Translations under genes and position numbers: made by a program | NCBI GenBank assembly: GCA_043228905.1 | Contig: JBHGNT010000015.1 | Location: forward strand, 13,640,001 to 13,704,000 | Direction: 5' to 3' | DNA length: 64,000 nt | From: Azolla caroliniana | Lineage: Eukaryota > Plantae > Polypodiophyta | The notes under the pieces: model-generated | The model's input: the letters and a program-made list of their open reading frames with translations, nothing else | Told to the model about the DNA's origin: nothing | Databases searched by the model: none | In this document: positions 37,130 to 48,855 of the stretch, piece by piece | Position numbering within the stretch: the first letter of the stretch is position 1 | Layout: the number at the start of each line of letters is the position of its first letter

Positions 37130-40100
37130 TGGCATGAACTACACGCTCCCGATGAACAACGCTCGGCCGCAACCGAGCCTAGAATAAAACACAGAAAGCA
37201 GGGAATGAAAGCACAACACTATAGAGAGAAGAGTACATAGGATGTTTACGTGGAAAAACCCAAACTCGGGAAAAACCACGACAGCCCACAGACCGCAAAC
37301 TATCTCTATATCAGAATGTACAATAAGAAAGCACTGAGGCCACGACCTCAAGCTTGCTATCTTCGCCACAGGCGGCGGTTACAATCAGAGGCAACGACCT
37401 CTTCCTCTCTCTCACTCTCTCTGTACACAGTTGTGCGCTCTAATCTTGCGCCAAGAAGAATGACAAGAACTCTATCTAAAGTTTGCCCTAAGTCATATTT
37501 ATACTAATATGACTTTTCGGCTATTTACAAATATAGCCCCGATGGACTCTCAGAAACATATTTACGAATATGTCCCTTCATCCGGTGAGCACTCATCATC
37601 GGGTGTGCATCTTCCGGCGCTTGCCGGGTACTCATCATCCGGTTCTCACCAGGTCTTCCATTTCCAGGTACTCCTCATCTGGTTCTCACTAGGTCTGCAC
37701 CATCCGGCTCTCCGTAGCTGGGTACTCGTCATCCGGTTCTCACCTGGTCTTCCGTGGCTGGGTGTTCCACATCCGGTTTGCTCATCAGTACTGTTCTTCT
37801 CACTTTGCATCCGGAGGGACCTATTTCCTAACAAACTCCCCCTTCACTCCAGCATGGGATGTGTTACTAATCTGATCTGCTTCTGGCATGCATCCAGCTT
37901 GTCGGGTATCAGTACTTTGGTCAACATATCTGACCCGTTCTCAGCCATGTGGATCTTCGTCAGCGCTAACTCCTGGTCATCTACTCTTTCCCGGATCCAG
38001 TGATACCTTCGCTGGATATGCTTCGGCCGGGAATGGTAGGCTGCATTCTTAGCAAGGTGGATGGCACTTTGACTGTCGCAATAGAGCCGGTATTCATCTT
38101 GCCGGATACCGAGCTTTCCGATGAAGTCCTTCATCCATAATATTTCCTTGCCGGCTTCCACAGCCGCCATGTACTCCGCCTCCGTGGTTGACAATGCAAC
38201 CGTCTTTTGTAGCCTCAACTGCCACGAAACAGCTCCCCCTGCATATGTCATTACATACCCGGATGTGGACCGGCTGGTATCCACATCAGCCGACATGTCC
38301 GAATTGGTAAAACCGTCAAGTTGAGGTTTTCCGGAGCCGAATCAGAGACACATATTCGAAGTGCCCTTCAAGTACCGGAGTATCCATTTGACTGCGTTCC
38401 AGTGCTCCTTGCCGGGATTGCTCATAAACTGGCTCACCACTCCGACTGTGTATCCTATATCCAATCGGGTACACACCATTGCGTACATTAAGCTCCCGAC
38501 GGCAGAGACATATGGAACCTTCATCATATAAGCCTTCTCTGCTTTCGTCTTCGGGCTTTGCTTACCGAATAATCTACAGTTTTCCGGGAGTGTCGATCCG
38601 ACTGGTTTCGCTTCCAACATGTTGAACCGCTGAAGCACCTTTGTCACGTACTTCTCCTGTGACAACCACAATTGCTTCGATGGCCGGTTCCGGATGATAT
38701 GCATCCCCAACATCTGTCTTGCCGGACCCAAGTCTTTCATTGAGAAGGTCTGGTTGAGAGCCTTCTTCAGCATCCGTATTTTGACTTGGTCCCGTCCGAC
38801 GATCAACATGTCGTCCACGTATAGAAGGAGTATCAGGAAGTCGCCTCCTCCGAACTTCTTAACAAACACGCTGTGATCGGCCTGCATCTTGTGGTACCCT
38901 GGATTGGTCATGAAGGAGTCGAACTTCCGGTACCATTGCCGGGGAGCCTGCTTCAGTCCGTACAGCCTCTTCTTCAACCGACATACTAGGTGCTCCTTCC
39001 CTTTTTCCACGAATCCTTCCGGTTGCTGCATGTAGATCTCCTCTTCGAGGTCGCCGTGAAGGAATGTCGTCTTCACGTCCAGCTGCTCTACCTCGAGGTC
39101 CATGCTTGCTGCTATACTCAGCACCGTCCGGATGGAGGTCATCTTTACTACCGGGGCAAATATCTCGTCGAAGTCCACGTCCTTCTTCTGCTGGAACCCC
39201 TTCACCATGATCTTGGCTTTGTATCTCGGGGGGTTGCCGGCATCTCCCGGTTTCAACTTGTACACCCAATTATTTCGGAGTGCCCGCTTTCCTTTCGGCA
39301 ACTCCACCAATTCGTACGTATGGTTTTTATGTAGGGAATCTATCTCATCCTACATGGCACTTAACCATTTGTAGTTGTGGGTGTCATCCTTCGCCTCTAC
39401 GAAGCTTTCTAGCTCCCCCTCATCGGTTAGCAGCACATGCTTTACATCCGGAAATCTCCGGGGGGCCCTTCTCTCTCTAAGAGGATATCTTCGTCTTTGG
39501 GCTTTGGTAACCGGCTCCTCCATTTTCTCTTCATCCGAATCCGATTCAGGTTCTTGGCCGGTTCTGGTTTCAACTTCCTCTACTTCTTCTTCTGCCGGTT
39601 CGGTGTCCTCACCGTAACCGGCTGGTTCCTCGAGTGCTAACCGGTATCTTGCAGGTTGGGTCTGCTCATCGTAGATTCGATCCTTACCGGTCGACTCAGA
39701 GTTCATTATCTTCTTCTTCGACTCCCAGTCGGCGAGTGTCTTGTCCTCCATGAAGATAATATCTCGACTCCGGAATACCTTCTTGTTGACCAGGTCCCAC
39801 ACTCGGTAGCCGAACTCATCGTTGCCGTAACCGAGGAATATGCATGGCCGGGTCTTTAGATCTAGTTTTCCTCTCCGGTCCTTAGCTACATGCACATACG
39901 CAAGACACCCGCATACCTTCAGATGCGGGTAGGACACTTCCTTACCAGTCCAGACTCTTTGTGGCGTGTCTCCGTCCAAGGGTACTGAGGGTGATCTGTT
40001 TATCACATATGTCGCCGTCGACAGTGCCTCAGCCCAAAACTACTTGGGTAGGTTTGCATGCGCCAGCATACTCAGGACCCTCTCCATTATGGTCCAGTTC

Positions 40101-42097
40101 ATCCTCTCGGCCAGCCCGTTTAGTTCCGGTGTCTTCGGCACGGTAAATTCGAGCCGGATTCCCTTCGAGCGACAATACTCCTCGAACTGCCCCCGATATT
40201 CACCTCCGTTATCCGCTCGAACCGCCTTCAGCTTCCGGCCGGTTTCTCTTTCCACTCTCGCGTGGAGCTCTTTGAAGACGGATAGCACCTGATCCTTCGT
40301 CTTCAACGGTGTGGCCCACAGCTTCCGGCTGTGGTCATCTATGAACGTCACGAAGTACTGTGATCTGGCATGTGACTTCGTATCCACTTGACATACATTA
40401 GTATGCACCAACTCCAGTGGTGCATTACGTCTCATCGATGGCCTCGATCGGAAGGAGGTCCGGTTTTGTTTACCGGCCAGACAATCAGTGCACTTCTCCA
40501 AGTGCACGTTCTTCACTGGAATGAGGTTGTCTTCTGCAAGCATCTTCATCCCCTTCTCACTCATGTGGCATAGTCTCTTGTGCCACAGCTCACCGGCAAT
40601 GTCGGATGCCACGTTCACTTCTTCCGAGCATAACCGGGCATTCATCAGGTACAGTGTGTTGACCTTCCGGGCCCGAGCCACAATCAGGCTCCCTTTGCTG
40701 AACTTCATAACACTGTTCCGGATGCTACCCGTGTAGCCTTCATCATCTAGCCGATCGGCTGATATCAAGTTCAGACGAACCTCCGGAACGTGTTGGACAT
40801 CCTTCAACAACAGCTTGCATCCGGTTGGGGTTGTTAACCACACGTCTCCTATGCCGACAATTCGGCATGTACCTTCATTCCCCATCCGGACACAGCCGTG
40901 ATCATCGGCTGAGTAGGATGAGAAGCATTTCCGGTCCGGGGTAAGGTGGAACGACGCTCCGGAGTCAACCACCCAGGTCATCTCGTCACCGGCAAGGTTT
41001 ATCTCACTCTCCTCGGTGATGAGCATCAACTCTTCTTCACTTGCCGTGATTGCCGTCGTTCCCTTCCGGTCGGTGTCCACTTCGAATCGGTATCGTCGAT
41101 TTCCTTGTCTTTACAGAAATGCCGACAGTTCTTCTGGAAGTGTCCTGGCTTTCCGCAATAGAAGCATGTAGGCCTCCCTCTTGACTTTGACCGTGTCCCC
41201 GACTTTCTATGTCTTCCGCGTTCTGATTCGGTAAGGTGAGCTTTGGAGTCGGAGCTCGTATCCTTATCTTTCCGACACGCCTCCTCATCTAGCAAGCTTG
41301 ACTTCACTCTTGCTAGGGATAACCGTTTCCCTTTCGGATACCACTTTGACATAATCGTCCATTTTTCTGTGTCGTTTTGCTCTTATACCACTTTGACATG
41401 AACTACACGCTCCCGATGAACAACGCTCGTTCGCAACCGAGCCTAGAATAAAACACAGAAAGCAGGGAATGAAAGCACAACACTATAGAGAGAAGAGTAC
41501 ACAGGATGTTTACGTGGAAAAACCCAAACTCGGGAAAAACCACGGCAGCCCACAGACCGCAAACTATCTCTATATCAGAATGTACAATAAGAAAGCACTG
41601 AGGCCACGACCTCAAGCTTGCTATCTTCGCCACAGGCGGCGGTTACAATCAGAGGCAACAACCTCTTCCTCTCTCTCACTCTCTCTGTACACAGTTGCGC
41701 ACTCTAATCTTGCGCCAAGAAGAATGACAACAACTCTATCTAAAGTTTGCCCTAAGTCATATTTATACTAATATGACTTTTCGGCTATTTACAAATATAG
41801 CCCCGATGGACTCTCAGAAACATATTTACGGATATGTCCCTTCATCCGGTGAGCACTCCTCACCGGGCCTACATCATCCGGTGCTTGCCGAGTACTCGTC
41901 ATCCGGTTCTCACCGGGTCTTCTGTTTCCAGGTACTCCTCATCCGGTTCTCACCGGGTCTGCACCATCCGGCTCTCCGTAGTCGGGTACTCGTCATCCGG
42001 TTCTCACCGGGTCTTCCGTGGCTGGGTATTCCACATCCGGTTTGCTCATCAGTACTGTTCTTCTCACTTCCCATCCGGAGGGACCTGTTTCCTAACA
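37130..42097 (-). mobile_element. Ty1/Copia C (gag largely deleted), inserted in the RT of B
   Basis: 704-bp LTRs 37130-37833 and 41394-42097; perfect TATCT TSD; PBS TGGTATAAGAGC at 41379-41390; PPT GAAGGGGGAG. PR WVVDSGAS, INT, RT LLYVDDML, RH ALSTTEAEY. Confidence 0.96.
37844..41362 (-). pseudogene. Copia C pol (the least decayed polyprotein in the window)
   Basis: ORFs 40040-41080, 39350-40006, 38342-39310 and 37844-38296, separated by single stops or shifts. Confidence 0.92.
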
Positions 42098-45000
42098 TAT
42101 CTTTCCATTAAGCCCTCTCTCCTTGTTTGTAGCAGGAGAGTCTTTGTCCGATAGTCTGATCGACGTCGTAACCAGTGTTAGCGCTGGCTTTGCAGTCTCC
42201 ATGTTGAAGCGCTTTAGCACTTTGTGGATATAGTCGGACTGTGAGAGTCGGTGAGTCTTGGCCGTCCGATTTCTCTCTATCCTCATGCCCAGTATGTGTC
42301 GGGCTTGTCCTAGTTCCTTCATTGCAAACTTTGCTTGAAGGCTCCGCTTGAGCTTACCAATCTCTGGTTGATTGCTTCCTGCAATTAGCATGTTGTCGAC
42401 ATATAGGATTAGATAGATCCTGGACTCGTCGGCTAGTGTCTGAACATACATGCATGGGTCGGAGTCTGATCTATTGTATCCAAGCTTCCTTATATAGGAG
42501 TCAAACTTCTGGTACCACATCCTTGGCGCTTGTTTGAGGCCATATAGACTTTTCTTCAGTCTGCGTACGAGGTGACTGTCCTCCCCCATCACCGTGAAGC
42601 CTGCTGGTTGAGACATGTATATGTCTTCTTCCAGATCTCCGTGTAGGAATGTCGTCTTTACGTCCATCTGCTCGAGCTCTAAGTTTTCTGTCGCAACAAC
42701 TCCTAGTACGAGTCGAAGGGTCGTCATCTTGACTACTGGTGAGAATATCTCGTCGTAATCGACCCAGTATTCCTGCTTTAATCCTTTTGCAACAACCCGA
42801 GCTTTGTACTTAGGTTTCTCCAAGTCAGATACATATTTGTATCGGAATACCCATTTGCAGGGTAATGCCTTTCTTCCTGCTGGTAGTTCGACCAACTCCC
42901 GTGTTTGATTCTGATGAATCAAGTCCATTTCGAATTTCATGGCCTGTAGCCATGTGTTGGCATCTGGTGCGGCCATAGCTGAAGTCCCCATTGGTTCCAT
43001 AACCGAGAAAGATGCACTTCATTGCATGGGGTGCCAGCTTCGTCCTTTTCTCCCTAGGGATGAACGCATAGGCTTTGCATCTGAATATACGAAGCCTGTC
43101 ATAGGTCGACTGTTTGCCACACCATAGTGCTTGTGGCACTTCGATCTTGATTGCTCTTGATGGTGCTAGATTTATCAGGTACACTGCCGTCTGCAATGCC
43201 TCGGCCCAGAATTCCAGCTTCAGTTCGGCTTGCTGGATCATTGCCGTCATCCTCTCCTGGATCGTTCGGTTGATCTATTCAGCCACCCCATTCTGCATGG
43301 GTGTGTAGGGAACGGTCTTTTGATGCTAGATCCCCTTGCTGGACAGGTATTGTTTGAAGGCTCTGGAGGTATACTCGCCTCCGTTGTCGAACCTGAGTGT
43401 TTTCACTCTGTATCCTGATCGGTTCTCTACTTCGGCTATCCACCGAGTGAAGACCTCGAGCGCTTCGTCTTTGGACTTGATGGAATACGCCCAAACTTTC
43501 CGTGTACAATCATCTACAAAGGTGATGAAGTACCAGGATCCTCCTAGTGATCGCTCTGGCATGGGCCCACATATATCTGTGTGCACGAGCTCTAGGGGCT
43601 GTCGTATCGTTTCGTAATGGAGAGAATGCGGACTTCGGATCTGTTTCCCATACCGACAATGCTCGCAGAAGTCCGTCTTTGTCTGGAGTTTTGGGATGTA
43701 GCCTATCGACATCAGCCGATCAAGTCTGGCTGTTTACATATGGCCAAGTCGGCCATGCCATAGGCTCGGGTCGGTCTTTTCGACTACGTTCACGATCCCT
43801 TCAGGGTTGATCACCATCAATGGGTACAGGTTGTTGTACTTGTACCCGCTCCCAATTTTGAGGTTTCCGCGGCTGATTGCCCAAGTCAACTTGTGTAGAG
43901 TCGTTCTGTACCCGTCTTCGGCTAACATGCCGATGGAGACACTCCTCTTCAGATTAGGTACATGCCGAACTTGGTGCAGGGTAATCGTGTTGCCATTTGG
44001 CAATCTGATGGGAACTTCTCCAGTTCCTGCAATGTTGCACTCTTGCCCATTGCCTAGTTGGACTGTGCCGCTGGCTTCGGTTGAGTAGTCCGAAAACCAC
44101 TCTTTGTTGGGGGTTACGTGGAATGTGGTACCGGAGTCCGGTAGCCACGTATGTGCAACTTGTGCACTATATAGGACTTCTCCAATCATCGAGTCCTCTA
44201 GAGAGAGGATTTCTCTGGATCGGGTGTTGGTTACATTTATCTGATTTCCGACAGGAGAGTGGTCCGAGTCGGGACGTCCCTTGATCCACTTGGATCGCCG
44301 ACCATTCTCTTTCCTCTTTATCGACCAACAGTCAGAAACATTATGGCCAACTTTCCTGCAGTGTGTGTAGTACTCACTTGTTCGGCCCATTTTTGACTTC
44401 GACCGCTATCGTTCTCCCCTTGGTCTCGATCGACTGTATTGTCGACCGGTTCTGTTGGCTTTTTCTTTCGGTCGACTCTATCAGTTGAACAAATCAATTG
44501 AGTGGTGAGCTTCTACTGACTTGTCGATGGTCAGTCCCATCGACGTTCGCCTAATGTCCTCTGTGAGAACTTGGCCAATTGTTTCGTCCAAATTTAGGAT
44601 CGGCCGGCTATTGGCGTATGTCGTACAGAATACCTCCCAACTCGCTGGCAAGGTTGACAGGAGGGCAAGGGCTTTTACTTCTTTTTCGAAGTTGATCCCT
44701 TGGGACGAGAGCTCTGACAACACCCGACTGAAGCTGTTGATGTGGGAGGTCGCAGGATCGATCTCTTTCATCTTCATGTTATACAACTGCTTTATCAGGA
44801 GCAGTTTTGAAGATGAAGACTTCTTCTCATAAACAACTTGTAACTGCTCCAAGAACGAGAATGTTATTGTCTCTTTCGCCATGCTAAAATAGACATTTTC
44901 AGCCAGATGCATTCGGATCGTGGATCTTGCTATCTTGTCCAATGACTTCCACTCTTCTACTTTCATTTATTAAGGCTTTTCTCTATGTCGAATGGCTTGG

Positions 45001-47380
45001 ACCTGCCTTCGGATGATCAACACATCCTACATCATCTCTTTCCATAGGGCAAAATTTTTGCCGTCGAACTTTTTGATTTCAACTCCTGTTCCTGTTCCAG
45101 ACATTGAAGCCATATTCTATTCATGGATTTGAGATTTTTGACCTGGTCTTTTCTTTCAGCTTTTTCTTCTGTTTTCTGTTGCCGCCGCATAGCAAAACCA
45201 GCTCTGATACCACTTGTAGATGATCTTACGTTTATGCGGAAGCGTTTGTTCAGATCTTATGACTGTGTACAACAAACAACATATGGACAAAACAGAAATA
45301 TGAGAGATTTGAGACTTACACAGATCTAAGCTCTAATGGAAAGCTTCTCGATTATTCCCAACGCGTTTCTCACTCAAAGATTACAATGCTCTTCGTCATC
45401 TATTACAATGTTAGGTCTTCACTTATATACTAAACCCTAACTTATTAACGAGTTCACACTCGGACGGATACAACTTGGAAGGAGTTGGCCTTTTATACCA
45501 ACACTCTTTGTCCCATTCGGAGGGAAAAAATGTAAATTTCACGTAGTGTGCGAATTACACTATGACACTCGCCCCCTCCAAACCCGCACATCCTCCGGTA
45601 TGTGCCGAAGTTCCCGATGCCTGTTGTTCGTCTTCATCCGTAGCACTACCCAATTCCTCCCTTATATCAACTATCAATTGTAGACCACATCCTTCGCTTT
45701 CTGCATCACCACGAGCTTTGCCCAATTGCTCCTTTATGTCGTCTTGTCTAGGGTTACATAGGGTTCTTTGTCAGTCCGCTTCTTGAAAATCTTCACCCGT
45801 TTCCCCACTATAGGCAACCGTAGTACTATTCCATCCAACTCGCATAGTTGTTAAGTTCCGTTGTCGAAAACTTTCCGAACCTCGTATGGCCCGAACCACC
45901 TTTTCGCGAACTTCCGTATCATTGTATGTTGATGATCCAGACTACTATCATAGACAATCACCCAATCTCCTTCTTCAATCTTCCGCGGTCGTAGTTGATG
46001 CTTTGTGTTGAATCGGCTTTTGTTCTGGAATCACGCTTCCTGTTGTTGGCGTGTTGCTTTCGCTATGTCTCCATCTGTGAAACCTCATCGTGATAAAGGG
46101 TTGCCCAAGGATCACGGAATGTGAGACCTCATCTTGTACGAAGAAATTTTGGTCGATCTTGACATCCCCAATCTTCACTGTCACATCCAGACAAGCCGCA
46201 AATAAATCCTCCGTTGCTTTAGTGGATGCCCGGATCTTCCATCCATGGTGAGTGTTTATAGGCCACTTCCCCTTCCGGTAGAACTCATTGGACAACAAAT
46301 TGATCTCCGATCCGTGATCAATCAATGCTAGCACGGGCTCTTTGATGTTGCCGATTCGGATCGGAGTCTCTGTAGTTGCACGTGCCCAGTGTGGCCTTGT
46401 GTAGTGGGAGTTCGGAATTTCTTCCTCCACTTCGGTGTCATTCATTAAAACCGTGTTCGCATTTACCCTTGGAGCGTTCTCCTCCGTACTTTGTCTTTTT
46501 CTCTTCACGAGATCCACAAGAAGATCATGAAACTCCTTCTTCGCTATTCTGAGTAATTCCCGAAGCGAAAATTCCACCCGGCTATCGAGGATTCTCTCCT
46601 CGAACACTTTTTTCAAGTACGTTTGTTGTTCGATGTCCGAGGCGAGTTTGAATGCCGGAATCGTCTTTTCTTTCCCCTTCCTTCCGGAATTCCAGTTTTC
46701 TGTTGTCTTTGATGGTCCGGCCGCATCATCCGTCCGCCGTTGTTTCTCGTCTACATACACCTCATGTCAATGAGACAATCCCATCTCGTAGCTTCTCGGA
46801 TGCCTTCCGGTGTGCTTCAGATATCATTGGAATCGGTTTTCTCAGGGTTTTCTAGCACTTCTGGCCAAAAAGACGCATTTGCTCCTGATGACTCCCCGAC
46901 ACGTATTTCCCGTAGTTGTCGCATAATTGCTTTTCGCCGCTATTTCCTCCTCGACGACCTTCTTCATGCCGCCTTTCTGGAAGTTCGGTCGGAGTGGCTT
47001 CCGAGAGTCCATCGAATGGATCTGATTTCCCTCGTAGTAGATAAGATCCCGTCGTAACGCCTCCTTGTGCTCGTCGCAATCCCTCTGATCATGTTCGGTG
47101 TTATCACACCATATGCACCGACAGTCCATATACTTGGAGCTTGTGGGACGGTCATCCGACTTCAGATTCTCCATTTCTTTTAGCAACTGCTCCACCATGG
47201 TTGCATCGATTCCCTTCTCGGTCGTAGTCTCTCAAGCCCTCAATTGATGGTCTTCCAATCCGGATCTCGGTTTCGGAATCGGATCTGAATCCCTCTTTTC
47301 TTCGTGAGCAAGCCATTGCCCCTTCTTCGTGTATTGCGTGACAATATCTCGCACGTTGTCGTGTGAATCTTCTCACACTA

Positions 47381-48057
47381 TGTAAAAAAAAAAAAAAAAA
47401 AATAAAAGTACTTTATATTAGCTTAATGGCATGTTATAGAAGATGGATGTTTGAGAAGATAGGGAAAATAGAACTATTATTTATCCCACATAGATAGGAA
47501 ACTTAAGGCCCTGGCTATATAAGCACCTTGAGACCCTCATTTTCATTTGTGCTAAGAGCACTTTGGCCATTTTGTCTTGATGGATGATGGTGGCCAAGTT
47601 CCCAAAACCGGAAATCGGCTAGTAAGCAAAACCAGAACCCGGTCGGGAAGCAAAACCCGAAACCGCCCGGTAAGCAAAACTAAAAGAAGAAGCTATGCAA
47701 CTAAAAGTAGAGGCCATGCAACAAAAAGGGGACATGCATATGATCAATGGGGAACTCCATATATATTCCATTTTTTTTTCCTACACTCATACTCTCTCTC
47801 CATTAATTTTCTTTTCCTTCTTAGCTCCCTTATCTTAGGGAAGCCATATCTCTCATAAACCCTAATTTCCCTACGGAAGCCATAAGCCTCATAAACCCCA
47901 ATTTCCCTATGGAAGCCATAAGACTCATAAACCCTAATTTTCCTACGGAAGTCATAAGGCTCATAAACCCTAATTTCCCTACGGAAGCCATAAGACTCAA
48001 AAACCCTAATTTTCTATAGAATCCATATCTTAATTTCCTCTTATCTATTACTCTAGT
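47381..48057. repeat. LTR-like fragment with 24-bp (47604-47685) and 36-bp (47854-48030) tandem arrays
   Basis: AAAACC(G/A)GAA...AAGC in 3 copies; CATAAACCCTAATTTCCCTACGGAAGCCATAAGCCT in ~5 copies; TATATAA at ~47516. Confidence 0.7.
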
Positions 48058-48855
48058 AATCTCCATGAACGCATGCATCTCTCCCTCCATATTGGCATGC
48101 CAATTTGCGTCTTTTGCTACTTCTACGTAGCTCTCTAGCTCATGCACTGCTGCCACCTTCATGATGTACGCATAATGATGCGCTATGTATTCGTTATACC
48201 CATACCGTTTGACAGGTTTCTTCTGGCGGGTGGATCAACGCAACTTCTCGTTAGCCAATTTCAAGGCCCTCTTGGCTAGCTTGGACTTCGTCTCTGAAGG
48301 TCTGTCTTCGTTCTTTCCGGAGTCGAACTCATTCCAATCCGACTCGTCTCTGTCGGTGGCGCATTTCGACATCTTCTTCTTCCCCTTCTCTTTGTGCGTG
48401 AACCGTTTGCTCGGTTCCTTGCGTGGGGAGAGCACGACCGAGTCTCCACCACTTGCCAGCTCGTCATCTGACTGGTCGTTTTGACTCAGTCGCTCGTTTG
48501 GCCCAGCTAGCCGGAATGAGATCGGACTCTCATCTAGAGTAGGAAATCCTTCTTCATCTTCTGCCTAGATCAGTTTGGGCTCATTGGCCTCATCCTCCGG
48601 AATCGGGTCGGAGTCGGACATAAGAGTCAGTAGAGAGTACTATGATGCCGATTCATTGAACTTGACATCTCAGCTTACTTGGACTGTTTGTGTCCGGGGG
48701 CTATTGCACTTATAACCCTTTTGCTCATGTGAGTAGCCGACTAGGATGCACTTCTCTGACTTCGGTTTCAGTTTTCTCCGCTTCTTATCCATCATATGCA
48801 CATATGCAAGCTACTGTACCAAATATCTTAAGGTGCCTTAGATTTGGCTTCCCCT
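48058..48855 (-). mobile_element. Copia A-family fragment (INT C-terminus to RT start), possibly the continuation of A2
   Basis: KCILVGY..KGYKC, KGKKKM, YGYNEY..HHYAY, AKDANW, co-linear with A 3860-5150. Confidence 0.85.

Larger units (their letters stand above)
35969..45503 (-). mobile_element. Ty1/Copia B, both LTRs intact, carrying nested Copia C
   Basis: 289-bp LTRs 35969-36257 and 45215-45503; perfect CTCTT TSD; PBS TGGTATCAGAGC (45201-45212, minus). Gag-PR-INT-RT at 45113-42098 and RT-RH at 37129-36408. The INT-RT linker is deleted at ~42977. Confidence 0.96.
35180..47376 (-). mobile_element. Gypsy D, internally deleted and 5'-truncated; its 3' LTR (35180-35968 plus 45504-45566) is split by Copia B
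   Basis: LTR ends TGTCATAG...CACGACA; PPT GGAGGGGGCGAG at 45567-45578. INT tail KRWFGPYEV (~45890), protease ALIDHGSEINL, gag knuckle CIWCDNTEHDQRDC. RT, RH and INT core are missing at ~46075. Confidence 0.82.

Noticed and set aside
37250-38003. Duplicated small genes (also 41469-42154, 1532-1723/7211-7414 and 54066-54371/58760-58966)
   Set aside because: They recur only because they lie within paired LTRs.
47854-48030. 36-bp repeats as a CRISPR array or a repeat-protein gene
   Set aside because: Units are head-to-tail with no spacers; the ORF is a chance fusion with a Copia fragment.
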